Notes: a model not told the origin generated them from the sequence alone. A DNA stretch of 61,804 nucleotides, filler included, from Jimgerdemannia flammicorona (GCA_003990765.1; 3 parts of 3 records of this genome joined end to end with filler, not necessarily neighbours in it); one strand, 5' to 3'. Counted from the whole stretch's first letter, positions 13,022 to 27,299 are shown. Made by a program: numbers and translations.

Positions 13022-16000
13022 TCAACTCTCTTTCTCCATGAAGAAGGGGTTCTCGCCCAGATATTCTTGGACGTTGTTGAAGTCTGCATACAAAGTGAAG
13101 GATTAGATGAACGTTGGCAGAACAGAGGGTAAAAAAGACACAGCTACTGGTTCGCAAAACATCCGAATTCATCGTCGACCTGGACACGAATAAAAGAAAT
13201 TCTCACCTAATCCAACGATGCGCTCAAAATGCGGCATGAACTCGCGCCGAGGTATGTACAGGTTGAACTCAAGCCAGGAGAAAACGGTGAACTCGTACTC
13301 GCGTATTTCCTTGGACGTCACGCCAAAGTACTTCATGACCGTCTGCAAACGGAACGAACAAAGAATTCAATGTTTGGCGATAATCATGGTGCAATTGGTG
13401 ACAAAAGCATCTGGTAAACGAGAAGTTCGATTGGTATATACTACACACATCCAGCAATGGTCCAAACTTCTGCCGATCCTTGGGCTCGTTCACTTTGGTC
13501 GCGAGGAAAAGGCAGCATCCTAATTGTTCGGTTCAACATTCCACGTACAAAAGAAAGATAGGAATGTCAGGTGAGAAACAGGAGGTTGATATAACAGCGT
13601 ACATAATTGTAGAGGGTGTGTCGTTGACACACCAATACGTACCAGCGATGAGTTTACGGTTCTTTTTTGTCACGAGTTCCTAAAGACACATAAGATTAAC
13701 GAAAGGCAGTGAGAATAAACGATGAGATTGCATACGTTAAAGTTAGCCACACTCATTACTCCAATACAACCAACGCTATTAACCTGTTCCTCCCATCCTC
13801 GTCTCTGCCTCCCCCCCTCTGGCAACCCACCTTCAGCACCAGCTTCTCGAAATAGGCAAAGCTCTTCGCGACGCTCGAAATCTCGAGATCGAGATCTCTC
13901 CCAACGGCCAGTAATCGAGCTTTGACGCTGCGGATCTTGGACAGCGTGATCGTCGGGTCGATCTCGGGGTGCGTTTGACGGAAGTGGTCGTTCAGCTCAA
14001 GCTTCAGGTCCGATGGGCGGGCGTATTGAATAATGGAGCCCTGGATGGTGAGCCGGTTGTTTGGGTGAGAGGATATTTTGGGTTGGCATAATATTATCGA
14101 TGAGGTCATAATGCGTCATGGGGTCCTCGTTCCTTTTCAAAAAGTGAATTCTTCTCCAAAGCCTATCCCGTGTTCTCCGCTTCCATCACCCGGCATACCT
14201 CCCACGGATTCGCTAAAATACCATCAGTGACATACCATAAAACACGGCAGGCTGATAACGGTGCGGTGCTTTCCTGTCTTCAGTTCCGGGTCATCCAAAT
14301 AGAAGGGATCATACGCGTTCGGAGATTGGTATAATTCGTCCTCGACTTCGGCCGAGGGTCTAATAAAGCGTGATGAAAATTTTGGACCTCAGTGAGATTT
14401 CGACAATTGTGGTCAATCTTCCGCGAGATTTTAGATAACTCAACCGCACCGACACATACGATTAACTATTCATATGACGTACCCGAGCGTGTTAAACGGC
14501 ATGAGCAAGTGACCAAAGGATTCGGCGCGCTTGCGTTTCAGTGAGTCGATGTTGGCGAGCTGCTTTTGACTATGGACATGGGCGACGGATCGATGTAGCA
14601 CGGGTCGATGATACGAGTTGAAATAATCGTCATGTCGTAGGTGCGGATCAACAGGAGAGGTTGGTGTCAGCGGTTCCGTTGCGCGCACCACAAATGCAGA
14701 ATCATTGCTGCCGCTCCCCATCCCGAAAACGTTAGTCTTAACATCAACCTCAAACCACCATTACAAAAGAATGGAAAGATTTATGCCAAACGTACATGTA
14801 TTCACGGTTGAAGCGCGTCCGCTTCTCCTGCTGCTGCCGGATCATCTCGTCGTTGTACTTGCGCACGGAAAAGATGCCGAGAGGAGTACCCTGGATGATA
14901 TCATATACAGATGTTAAGGGAATAACACGAGATGTAAGCAGGCGTGATATTGCCGAACATGTGGGAGAGAAAAGATGTATAACGTGAATGAGGAATCAAC
15001 CATTCTCTTCACTTCTCCCCAATCCCTGTTTGCTCCCCTCAAGATCCGTGTCAAGCCTCCGATCCCATCAATCCAAACAGAAACACCGCACGACTGAACC
15101 GAAATAAAATAAATAATATAACTCCGTCGACCTACCCCCTGTGTTGTGAACATCACGCTCCTCCTCTTCAATGCCTCGGATAACTCCTGCGGCGACGACC
15201 CGTGTGAGTAAACGACGCGCCTGAGCTGCCCGGCGCTGCCCTGCGCCGACGGCCGCTGATACGGTGCCCCTGACTCGCCCGTTAACGAGCTCGAGCCCTT
15301 CTGGTGCGTTCGGATCGTGCTGCCGTTAGACCCCTTGCGGGCTTGGTGCGTGCCGGTGGAGGCGCTGGGCGTGAAGGAACTAGAGGAAGAAGAGGTCGTG
15401 CGCGAGTAAGGCGGGGCGGTGGACGATGCCAGAGAGGTCGAGGCTGAAGGGTAGAGGACCGTGAGGTAGGTGGGTGATTAGTTCAAATTGAATTGTTCGA
15501 AAGATGGTCATTCGAAAAGCGGCATGGTCGACCGCGGCCCACATGGTGCATTGGATAAGAATCTGATAGGTGGATTCACACGTACTTCCGGATCGTTTCA
15601 GCTTTCGAGCGGCCTTCCTATCACCATCACCCACACCTCCTTCAAAATTAATCCGCCTGTCATCGCCGTCGTACGTCTGATATGCTTCCTGCGGTCCCCC
15701 ACTGTTCTCCCGCCTCAACATCGCCGCCTTTTTAGGATCCCGAGCAGGTCGTTCATCTACAAGAATTCCCTTTGGCCGAGGCATCTCAGCTCCTCCGTAT
15801 TCTCTATCATGGCCCTGGCTCGGCGTCGCCGTCACGGAATCTCCGGTCAGACGCTTCGACGATACCCGCCTGGGCTGATCCTCCGACGTACGATTTTCCC
15901 TGTTGCGTGCGGACCCCAGTGCCAATGTCGCGGAGGAGTCCAAGCTAATGTTGGCAAGGAAGCTGGTAGCGGCGGTGCCGTGTCGCATTGAAATTTTCCG

Positions 16001-16372
16001 GCGGGCGCGCGGGGCCCTGACGGTCTTTTCAGCGGCGAAGTTTGTCACCGTGCCGGAGGCATCGTCTTCTTCCTTGCTGCTACTGAGATCGTCGGCGGAG
16101 TCTGGTGGTTTCGGGGAATGGCGAGGTGTGGAGATGGGGGATTCGGTGAAAGGATGAGGTCCATTAAAGTCGACATTGAGATTGGCGTTTTCTTTGCCAT
16201 TGCGGTGATGGTTGTCGTTTTCGGGTATTGTTGATTTCGAGGATGGTTCACGGAGGGTGGTGTTACTTCTTTTTGAGTTGTCTCTATCGCCGAGGGATAT
16301 TGTTGACAGAAATGATAGGGCAGCTTGTCTATCTGAGTCCCGCCTTGAGGAACGACCTTTGGCCGTTGTCAT
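13022..16372 (-). CDS. CABLES: CABLES-family cyclin-like protein (Cdk5 and Abl enzyme substrate homologue), multi-exon
   Basis: N-terminal RQAALSFLSTISL. C-terminal YDPFYLDDPELKTGKHRTVISLP, IIQYARPSDLKLELNDHFRQTHP...ITLSKIRSVK, SFAYFEKLVLK, KNRKLIA and EYEFTVFSWLEFNL match the CABLES cyclin-box. The last exon (DFNNVQEYLGENPFFMEKES*) is inferred. Confidence 0.9.
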
Positions 16373-16589
16373 TTGTTGTTTCCAGATAAATTTATGAAGG
16401 AAATGAAGGAAATGGAAATATGTAGCGATATGCGGTAGTTGTTTTGCACTAATAAATGACGTCAGCATTATAATCGCACAAGACCACGTGGTAGTTACCC
16501 TGCATCCAAGTACAGAAGTGCTCTCAACCCCATTCGGGACATTCCCTTTTATTAGAGCGATTGCTATCGTGTCATCCTGTAAGCACTCA

Positions 16590-17260
16590 TTATCTAGAAA
16601 TATATATTAGATATTTTAATAAATCAATAGTTTATTAAAATTATAAATTAAAATTAAAATAAAGCAAATTAAATAAGAAAATATGTAATAATTTTATAGT
16701 TAGCTATAGTTTAGTTATTTTTCTTGAATATTCTGTTGTATTCTAGTTATCAATAATAATAATAATAGTAATAATTAAAAATATAATCATCTTTATATTT
16801 ACTATATAATAGTAAGGTTATAAATATTAGAATATTATAATATTAATTATTATAAATAATATATTAAACTTTTAAATAAATATTATATAAATTTTAAAAA
16901 TAAGCTAAATTTATTTAATATTTTAATTTTTAAAATAGTTATTATTATTAAATTATTTTAAACAGAGATTATAATAAAGTTCTTAAAATATAAATAATAA
17001 ACTAATTATTATTATAAATAATCAAAATTATTATAGTTAAATAATTAAATTATAATATTATTAAATTATATAATAAATAGCTTTACATTTTATGTATTTA
17101 TTTATTTTATAATAGATATTTATTTAGAAGAGAAGAAGGGAGGGTTTAATAGTAACCATCTTTCTAATTTTCATATACTAGTAGAGATTATCCAAGTAGC
17201 TAAAACACTTAAACTTAAACTCTGCCTCTTTAATCAAATCTAAATTGTTAAAATTATTGT
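16590..17260. repeat. Extremely AT-rich island, probable mutated repeat relic
   Basis: Same compositional signature as 12230-12570. Confidence 0.45.
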
Positions 17261-17714
17261 CATCTGCAACATATTAATGTCCAAAACTTTGAGGTGCCTG
17301 AAATGTTTCTAGAAACAATTGTGGCAAAGCAAACTAGCTGTTAATTATGGCTCGTCGTCGTTTATGGTTCGTCAGGAGACCGATCCCGATTATGGCCAAT
17401 CAGGTAATCAGCAAATACCAACCGTAGTAATAGCTTCACTGCGGTGATCAACCTAAACAGAAATTACGTGGAAGAACACAAATCTTCCAATAAGTTGGAT
17501 ATAGCCGAACTTGAAGTTGTGATACTACCGCTGCCACTCGCAAAGTTGGACGTGGATGATTATATGATAAATATATAGGTCAACAGATGACCTGCCACCC
17601 TGGCAATAAAGTAAATAAATAAATCCATTTTGGATTGTGAAAAGGACTGCGGCATTCGTTATTAAATATGTAGAATCACACCGCGCTTGGGCAACCCTCC
17701 AATCGCCTTTTCCT

Positions 17715-18496
17715 ATGCTTCTCTCACAATTCCTAGTCCCTTTCTCGGGTTACGTCCTCGTCACGAGGAATCTCAAGGTCCATGCGCGCTTCAGCAGCGT
17801 CGAATTGTTCCTCATCCTCTTTGTCCTTTCCTATGGTATTACCGAAAACTCCCTCGCGCTGTTCGGGGAACGACCGACCACCTTAAGCCCTGGGAGTGCC
17901 ACATCGGAATCATTCGCTTGATCCTGACCGCGGTGTACGGGCCTTACTCGGCGTTCCTGCACCTCGCCATGTTGCTCGCCACAAGGTCGCTAGCCGCAAG
18001 AGAAAAATAATAGTGCTGGTCTTGTCCCTTGGACCACGGCGTTTATTACAATTATCGCTGTCGTTGGCAACTACACCGAGGTCATGCTGATCCTCGGCAT
18101 CGTCAATCCTAGGACTTCCACATCATCGCTGATATATTTCTACATGCAGGAGTCTCTCTTCCAAATTCACAACCTCATCTTCTTGGCCGTTAGCATTGCC
18201 CACCTGATCGCGCTCGCGGTGACAAAACAGAAGGATGGAGTCGTCAAGCGCTCTGGGTGTCTGTCTTATCCTATACCGCACTTCTCTGAGACTTCCCCTT
18301 CTCCTTCAAGGTCTTGCCTATGATACTCGTCGTCCTTACGGCCGCCCTCTATGCCAGTGATTTCAAATCCATGCTCGGCGAGTCGGGCATCGAGCTTCCC
18401 ATCACCTGTGGTGACTCAAAAACCCCTATCGTGTCGAACGACTCTTGTGTGTCTGTCACCGTCCCTGTCACCGATGAGATACGCGATGCGACTTGA
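17715..18496 (+). pseudogene. Frameshifted multi-pass membrane protein
   Basis: Successive hydrophobic helices (VELFLILFVLSYGI, IIRLILTAVYG, IIVLVLSL, IHNLIFLAVSIAHLIALAV, MILVVLTAALY) are spread over different frames without convincing introns. Confidence 0.4.
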
Positions 18497-19489
18497 TTGT
18501 TCTCTAGTCATTTATTAGGTGGCTTGCTGTATATAAATTTACGGTTATTTCGTGTTTTATATGTTTTTCTACCTTTAACAAACCTTTTCGCACGTGTAAG
18601 TTTGATCCAAACCATAATATACATTATATACATTGCTGTTGTCCAGAACGGCATTGGCACACATATCCGTAAGTATAAGCGTAATCACCACTACAGGACA
18701 CACAATGAATCAAACAACAAAGTGCCGAACAATGTTTAAGAGACGTTCTCTCTGTCTCCATACATTACTCGCTTCGTCATGTGACGCGCTCGGTTCTCTA
18801 ACCTAACACATACTCTCTCTGTCCTCATGTCCCATCTGTTTTCGTCGCCTATATAATCTCGATTTTTGCCATACACAATCCCGCTCTTTCACCTCCCCTT
18901 AGTTGCGTGCTTTCACAGGGGGATATAAAATACATTTCCTTAGTTATGCCTGCACTCTTATTTATTATTCTTTTTAGCCTACATTGTCAGTGTTACTTAA
19001 ATGCATACCCTTTTCCCCTATTCGCTGTGTATGTCCTTCTTCATCTTTCCCCGCGAATAAATATTTTATTTATTCATACCAGCCCTCTTATATTGTTTAT
19101 TGGCAGTTGCGGCGCGGTGCACTGGCGTGTTACCTTTCTTGTCCTCTACATTGGTATCTGCATTGAATTCAAATACGAGTAGCTCTTGATGTGGCCTTTC
19201 TCTGCAGCTAGGTGTAGCGGGGTCCGACCATGCCTATAAATACTTCAATTCCACGTTGGAATCTAATCAATGTCACATGACTGCGGGATGTAACAGAAGA
19301 AAGAAGTTGATCGACAGCGAATCTTTCTTTAGGCTCATAATGTTACTTTCAATGCCACTGCCCCACTGATAGCAATTTGCAATCTTCTATTGTCACCTGC
19401 CTCTGCAATCTTCAAGTGCCTTCAAATGTCTTCTTCACATTAATGCTCCCTGTACAGAAGAATGCTCTTTGCTATTAGTGGTATATATG

Positions 19490-20537
19490 GTGGAAGGAGG
19501 GCAATGGTGATGAGTTGCCCTTTTATCAGTGTCAGATCAGTGTCTTCTCCACTATTTTGCAGATTCTGGTGCCTTCAGCTGTGTCTGGGGTGTACTCATT
19601 TTGGTGTAACATCTTCTTCCTTTTGCTATTGCTAATAAGGTATTGTCTTGGAGTATCACAGATTATATAAGAAGTCAGCCAACCTTGGGCATCAAGTGTC
19701 CAGTATAGGTTACCTACAGGTCCTTGATATCTGTGGTGGGACTTTCTGGCTTTGGCAAGCTTCTTGACAAGTGCAGTTCTAGTATAGGTGACTATTTCTT
19801 AGGTATTATTGGGATGGAAGGAGAGATGACCATCATAGATAAGAGGAAGGGTGATTACAGTAAACTAGTAGGGTGCCAGGCTGGGGGCAGTCATCAAGGC
19901 TGGAGTGAGTGCTGCTCTGGTCAGGCCTTTTGATTGGTGTAGAGTGGTTAGGTAGTAGGTATCACTCTCAGCTTCTTTTGGTAATATGTAGAATTGGGTC
20001 TTGGTCATTGGGGGGGTTGAGGGACCTGAGACTACCTATTTTAGATATCTTGGCTACACTTAACTGAAACCAGGAGCTGATACAGAAACATGATTAGCTT
20101 GAGTAGTAGAGTATTGGGGGTTTCCTCCTACCTTATGTGTAAGTTCTTTACTCACTTCATCTGAGAGAACCAGGCTCTATCCACTGTGATATACTTTGAT
20201 GAGGGTTTTTTCTTTATCTGTCATCCTCCTTAGAGTGACAGAGACTATTCTATTTAGCTTAGGTATGATCTTATATATACATTGAGGTCTTGGGCATATA
20301 CTTTTGGTCATTAGTATATGGTTAAGTTCCCCTTAGTAGTAGGGAGAACATGGTGTATAGAATGAGATGTAGACTACTATAGGCCCTACTGTATCTGGTA
20401 TGGTCAAGCTACTGGATAATAGCTAGCCTAGATTAATGAGAAGATAGTACTTGATGAGTAGTGGAAGAGAGTTTTGGCCTATATAGTCTAGATTCTTTTT
20501 TAATAAAAATCCACAAGACTTTGAGTCTGTAAAACAA
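19490..20537 (+). repeat. Dispersed repeat of unknown class, copy 1 (AATAAA near the 3' end)
   Basis: Colinear with the reverse complement of 41313-42365 (e.g. GGCATCAAGTG...TAGGTTACCT, TTTTGGCCTATATAGTCTAG). CpG-depleted. Confidence 0.8.
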
Positions 20538-20637
20538 NNNNNNNNNNNNNNNNNNNNNNNNNNNNNNNNNNNNNNNNNNNNTTAATTAATTAANNNNNNN
20601 NNNNNNNNNNNNNNNNNNNNNNNNNNNNNNNNNNNNN
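20538..20637. other. Artificial contig spacer N44-TTAATTAATTAA-N44
   Basis: A six-frame stop linker embedded in Ns. Confidence 0.99.
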
Positions 20638-23600
20638 TTTTTTTTATAGTCACTTGGACTGCCCTTTATTACCGAAGTCTATAGTTCTAACAATACAATA
20701 TCATCTCCACCCTCAACCAATGCCCTGTAGACTCAATCTTCCCTCCTCAACCCCCCCCTGCCTGAGCACCACTCAATTACCCACTACCCAAATCTGCCCA
20801 CTACTCTTCCGGGAGATGCACTGTACCAGACCCCGGTGGTGTCCCCCACCTAGCCCCCAACCTCGCCACCAGCCATTCAAAATGTCTAATAGCAACCACT
20901 CCCAATATGCCACCTTGTCCCCAACCCCAACCTGATGCCCTCCCTCAAATACATGAGCCCAATGCCCAGCCAACCCAACCTACATGGCCAAAGCCCAACC
21001 AAGGGTCAGCCATTCATCCCCAACCCCACCCAACAGTCACCAGCGGAGCTCTCCCCATCTCCCCCCTCCCTTGCCCTCCAAGGCACCTATCCCTACCCTG
21101 TCCCTAATATATCTCCAAAACTCCTCCAAAATCTCACACTCACCAAGCCAATATTCAGGCATTTGCACCACTCCCCCCTCCTGGTCAACATCGAAACAAT
21201 CCTTGCACTCGAATACACCACCATCTACCAAGTATCCAGACTGATAGTTCAGCATCACATTCTGCCATAGGACCTGCCACCATACCACCCAGAGCTTGGG
21301 GGGCAGCCACTGCCTCACCCTTTTGCTCCAAAGCTAGAGCCCATACCAGTCCCACTCCTCACCAATTCCAATCCTCTGCCAGGCTTCGGGCCACAGGTCT
21401 CCACCTAGGCCTTGCAGACACTCCAGACCCTCATCAAGCTGAAAGCTCTCTACTGGGACACCACCCAGTAGAAGCCTGTCCCACTGCCACATTCTTGGTC
21501 CCCAATCCTCCTTGGCCTCATCACCTTGCCACTGAAGTCCAATTTTCTTAGCACCATCCACCACCCCCCACCAGAAGCCTGTAAACTGCATCCTCTTGCT
21601 CCCCTCCATGGCCACCATCATGAGTAGATCACCCGAGTCACCACATGGGGAGTACCAAACCTCCCACAATCTCTGTATGAGTGGCACCCACTCTTGACCC
21701 CAAAGCTCACTCACCCTTCACAACCACCAAGCTCTCAGACATAGAAGCTGCTTAGTAAAGTCCACTAAGCCCAGCCCACCTCTTTCTATGGGCAGTGTGA
21801 GAACCTCCCAGCCAACCTGGCTACTCCACCCTCCCCAGATCCATGATCTTGCCATCTTCAACAACCCCTTGACCACCCAAGTTGGGAAATCCAAATGATA
21901 TCCCACATACCACAGCTTTGGCATCCAATATACATTCAGCACCATCACCCTTCCGGCTAGGGACATAGGCCAGCCTCCCCAATACAGCAGAACATTTCCC
22001 CACTCCAGCAGCTTATAGGCCCACCATGCCCGAGAAAGAAGAGACCTGAACACCAAGAAGTAGATCTCCAGATAATGTACTGGTTCCCCAGTTGGTACCA
22101 CTGTCCCCATGACCTCTCTACCAACAAAACCAGCACCAAGCACCAGGGTCTTGCATTTGTGCCAGTTTAGCTTAGCACCAGAACCCCGCTCATACCATTC
22201 CACAGACCTCTGTAACTCCCCCACATCCACCAAAGAGCTCAGCCTGACCACCATATCATCAGCAAAGGCCCCCACCTTCCAATTAATCCCTAAGATGTCC
22301 AAACCTCCAATCTGCTACCTAATCCTGTCCAGTAGAGGCTCCAGGGAGAGGGCATACAATATGGGCGACAATGGGTCTCCTTGCAGTACCCCATGCCTCA
22401 GGGGAAAGGTCTCTCCCCTATGGCCATTGATGACAATGCCACCTGACTGTCCTCCAGGAGACCAATCAAAGCTCCGCGAAACCCTGGGGGAATACCAATT
22501 CGTTTCAGCACTCCCTCCAACCATATCCTCTGCACCCTATCATAGGCCTTCTCTTGATCCAGAAACACCAATCTGCCATCCACCCCTGCTACCTGGGCAT
22601 CTTCAATCACTCCATGAACCCAAGCAGTCCCATCTCAAATCAATCGACCACTGACAAAGCCATGCTGCTCCACACCAAGCACCTGCTGAGCAATACCTTG
22701 CAGCCTCATCACTAAGATCTTTGTCACCAGTTTGCAGTCCATGTCAAGAAGCATAATTGGCTGCCAGTTCTTCCAGTCCTCTCGCCTCCCCTTATTCTTA
22801 TAGAGTAAGGAGACTAGCCCTAATCTCTGTCCCCCAATCCAAGCACCAGACTGAAGAACTCCATTGCATATAGCAGCCATTTCCTCTAACACCTCGCCCA
22901 CTCCAGCCATCTTCTGCCAAAAATCCCAGAGAAGGCCATCCTCTCCTAGGGCTGTCCCTTTACTTGTCGAAGCCACAACCCTGCAAATTTTCTCGCCAAT
23001 CACTGGGTCCCCCAATGCCCCAAGTCCCATGGCAGGGTTCGGGTGCCAATCCTCCAGCTGTCTTTCAATGTCCAGAGCATCCATTCCACCTTCCTCCTCA
23101 CTCTATAGATTCTCCCACCGAGTTCTCAATAGGCCCAGAACTGCCAGAGTCCCCACCACCAGCTCACTATCCTCATCCAGAACTCCCTCCCACCACTGTT
23201 TCATACATCGGGCTTGTAACAACCATGACAAAAACTGAGTAGGCCTCTCCCCCTCCTCAAGCCCCTGCCACTGTAGTCGGGCCATCATTCTCTACATCTC
23301 CACCTCCTCCTCTCTTCGCAACACTCCTTTAAGCTCCTCTACCTTCTGCCGGATTCTCACAATAAGCCAATCAGACACATCTCCATCATCCAGCACACCT
23401 ACCCATCTCTTCATAAGTGCAGCCAGATGTCATGAGGCCCACAGCACCTTCCGTCTTCGCTGAGCACCCTTCCCTCTCCCTGCTTCCCTCCAATATCCCT
23501 GAGCATTTGCCTTCAATCACCTCCAGTGGTCCACAATCCCAAAGCCTTGTTCCTGCCATCTAATGATATTTCTCACCACCTCCATCTCCCAACCCTCCCA

Positions 23601-26330
23601 CAATACCCTGTCCTCCAACAAGGAAGAATTTAGCCACCAATGTCCAGGCCCATCCTTATTTCCCCCAAACCTCCCCTCTCCAAGCAGCCCCCAGTGATCA
23701 GACCATGGACACCACACTACTTCCAGTGCCAACCAGATGTCCACTCCCCAACACTCTGCCATCAGAACCCAGTCAATCCTGGAGTCCAGCCCTGCCACCC
23801 AGTGGGTATACACTCACCACTCGGCCCAAAAATGTCTACCTGAGTCCACTAAAGAACACAGCCTCTCAGTCTCTAGCCAGTCTCCCAACCCACCACTTTC
23901 ACCCTGCATGCCTCTCCTGCCATCTGTTCTATCCATCTCCTTATCCTATACTATATTGAAATCACCCCCCATACAGTCCAACCCAACTCCTCCCAATATA
24001 CCAGCCTCTTTCAATTTACGAATCCAATCAACTCTCTCCCCTCTCTCAGCTGGGCAGTAACAAGACCCAACCATCAATGTGCCCCATCCAGGCCTCTTCC
24101 ACCTTCCCCACACCACCCGAGACTCCCAATGTCCAATGTCCTCAATGTCACCCATCCCTTTCTGAACAAGAATACACACCTTCCCCCTCTATACTGCTGT
24201 GCCCCCCCATTCCTTAGTCCAATCCTGGAAGTCCACATCTGCCTCATAATGAACATCCTATAACAAGAAGAGGTCTGCATTCAGTTCCTTAAGCCATCCA
24301 AATATATACTTCCTCCTAGCTGCCCCCCTCAACCCATTAATGTTCAATGAGAATATCTTGGTTGTACTGTTCATATTGAATAATGTTGCAATAGAGGTCC
24401 CAGTCTAGAATTCCATGCTCATCTCATCCCCAGCCAGATCCAAGCACCGTTCAGCTTCCATGTCACCCTCTGCAATAGCCTGAGTATCTAGTGCCTCCAA
24501 GATTTTCTGACATTCCACCCCATCCACTACCTCCATATCTGACCGGTAGTCCAAGCAGACTGCACACCACTTCTCCAGTCCCTTCCTCGCATTCCACAGG
24601 AAAAGTGCCCTGTCACTTGCAATCTTCCTAAGTTCCTCTTCTCGCTGATCATCAACCTGATATTCAACCAACTCCAGGAGGACAGCCAGGATCTCATTCC
24701 TCATCTTCCTCAGCACCTCCTCTCCCCGAAGGATCTCCTCCCAATGCCTCTCTTCCATCACCCTGAAATCCTCACCCCCCAGCTCCTTAGCTGCAACCCC
24801 TTCTAGGGTCTTCCACATCCACTTCTCCTCATCTACCGCCACTGCTGCACTCTGAGTAATCTGACCCCCATCCACCTTGGGGTCCACCAGTGTGCTCCTC
24901 CTCACTGACTCATCCCACTCCTCATCTGGTACATCCAGCAGCTCCTCCTCTCCCTCAGCTCCACCTGGGACACTATACTGAGGGCACACACTCTCACCCA
25001 TTTCGGCATCTGCCTCCAAATCACCTTCCCTTTCCTCCCCCACTCCAATCGGCACCACTCCCTGGGCCATTTCTCCCCCTTCAGCCCAGGTGCTCTCCCA
25101 CAGCCCTGCCACTCCCTCTTCTGAGCTACCACCAGCCCTATCCCCACCCAACTTTGCCAGCAGCTCCTTCTGGATTCTCCTCCCCTGCATCTTCTCCCAG
25201 GTCCCCTTCTCCATCTGGACCCTCTTCCCATCCACCTCCCCCACCACTGTCCTGGCCTCAAACTCCTTCTAGGCCAATCTCCTCCTTGCAACTGCCCCTT
25301 CCAGATCCTCCAGGGCCTCCAACAGGTCCTCTTCCTCCTCCTGGGTCCCCTTCACCCTTGTGACCTTACACTCCACTGGTCTCCACCTCAGCATCACTGG
25401 CCAATTCCTCGACTTCCCCATATTCTCCTTCTCAGCTAGCCTAACCCTGACATCAACATCACCAGTCCTAAGCTCTGTGCCCTCCCAGACCTTGAACCCA
25501 ACATCTACAATCTCACCATACTCCTTGATTGCCTCTACAACCAACTCTCTGGTCCTCTCCTTTGACATGATAGGGAGATCCAACACCACCAACTGCACCA
25601 CTCTGGGGTCCCAGCACATACATTGGGCCATCAGGACCACAACCCCACCCACCATCACCCCCTTCTCCATGGCTGCCAACAAGGCATCTTCCTCCTCAAA
25701 CCCCACCTCAATCCCTTCCTTTCCCCTCAGAAACTTCACAGATGCTGCTCCCTTAGCCTCCTGCGCCACCAGCCCCAAAATCATCCTCACTGTCACTGCC
25801 AAGCCCTGGAAGCACATCATGACTGTGAATTCCGACCTCGATTTCTTGAGTAACAGGGCCGACACCATGCCTGTCACCCCATCTGCCAGATCCCCAGGCC
25901 TCGTGCTCACTCTCAGTCCTGAATTGCCAACAGCCATCACATCTGGATTTTTTGCCAGATCCCCAGTCACAGCCCCATCAACAGTTATATCTACTCCGGC
26001 TCCAACCCTACTACCAGAGGCTCCCCTGGGCCACCTCCCTGTCCCCCAGCAGCAGCCATCGAAGCCTTCCCCAGGCCCAGCCAACCATCTAGCCCAGAAG
26101 CCATCTTCCCCATTCTGACCTTGTCAGTAAAGGTCAACCTCTCCCCTCCTCTCTGCCTCAGACCACCCCTTCCTCCACCACCAGTGCCTCGGCTAGCCAT
26201 CAAGGCCCCTGGCATCCCCAAACCATCACCCCTCCTCCCTACCTGCTGCCAGCCAAAGGCACTGTCACCCCCCTGGCCAGTATGCTCACCAGTTCAATCG
26301 TTACTATCCATGTTGTTAGCTATCAGACAT
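20638..26330 (-). mobile_element. Near full-length degenerate L1/Tx1-like LINE (ORF1 ~26320-24405; ORF2 from 24374: APE, RT)
   Basis: APE motifs MNSTTKIFSLNINGL, GGDFN and WSDH; RT motifs LDQEKAYDRV, GVLQGDPLSP and AFADD; AATAAA and an A-tail at the contig edge; many stops and frameshifts. Confidence 0.93.
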
Positions 26331-27299
26331 CAAAAATGTTGTAAAAAGTGTTGTCTGAGTCTTGTGTCACCCGAATGTTACTGGTGAAAGGCATGATATG
26401 GCACTCCTCTAAGCTCTGTCAATAATTCTCTACTCCTGGGCAGGCTGCTAAGACATGCTCTAGTATCTGAACTATCCCCCCATAAAGCTCAGTACACTAC
26501 TCACAATCTCAACAGCCATCAATCTCTATTAGTCCATATGATAATCCAATATCATATTTATCCTCAAGAACTATCACCATACTACTCAGTACTTAGGAGG
26601 CATCACTTGGTACAAAGCAGCTGCCCAACTCCAAATCTGTCTCCATTCTCACATCTCACCAATCCCTACTGCCTACCAGCCAACTAGCTATCTCCCAAGA
26701 AGGCCTGTCCTGGCTCATTCTAAAGTCTCTATCAGCAAATACTCCTCCAAGAGTCTATCACCTACTCTAAGCAAATTCAACCTCCACTACTACTATGCAG
26801 AGTTTACATTCTCTCCAATATCAGGCTCAGCCAATCTCATGACTAACTAGGTCTCTACAATATCTCACCAGAACTCTTGTACTACAATCTACCAACTCTC
26901 CCCACCTGGAGCAACTCCTTCATATTCTTCTACTTGTTACTATATAGGTAAAACCTGATCTTTCAATTGTCCACTGCTAGTCTGCCCCATCTCTCCTCAC
27001 TCAGTTCTACTAGGCAGCACCTCTACTAGCTCTGAAAGACCTTCAACTGCTGCCAAAAGTCAATCAATTCCAGACCTCTATCAGTCTCCCACAGTACTAA
27101 TATCTCTCAACCAATCTGTAGTTGCCTTTCTTATTACAGCTATCCTTCAATTGCCTTCTTTAACCTCTGTACCACTTACTCAGGAAAATTCAAATAGTAC
27201 TCCAAATACTATAGCTTAGGTAATATATATTTAAAGAGACTTCTTTTGCTCAAATCACTCAGAGCAAGCTAAGCCACACAGACATCTTTCAGTGAAAGA

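Noticed and set aside
18776..19295. Solo LTR or MITE (10-bp inverted GTCATGTGAC/GTCACATGAC, TATAAATA, ends TGTAACA)
   Set aside because: No TSD and no second copy in the window, so it cannot be supported.
20582..20593. TTAATTAATTAA as a biological palindrome
   Set aside because: It is an assembly linker inside an N-run.
26390..27240. Additional decayed element fragment between two LINE 5' ends
   Set aside because: The composition is repeat-like, but I could not assign any motif.
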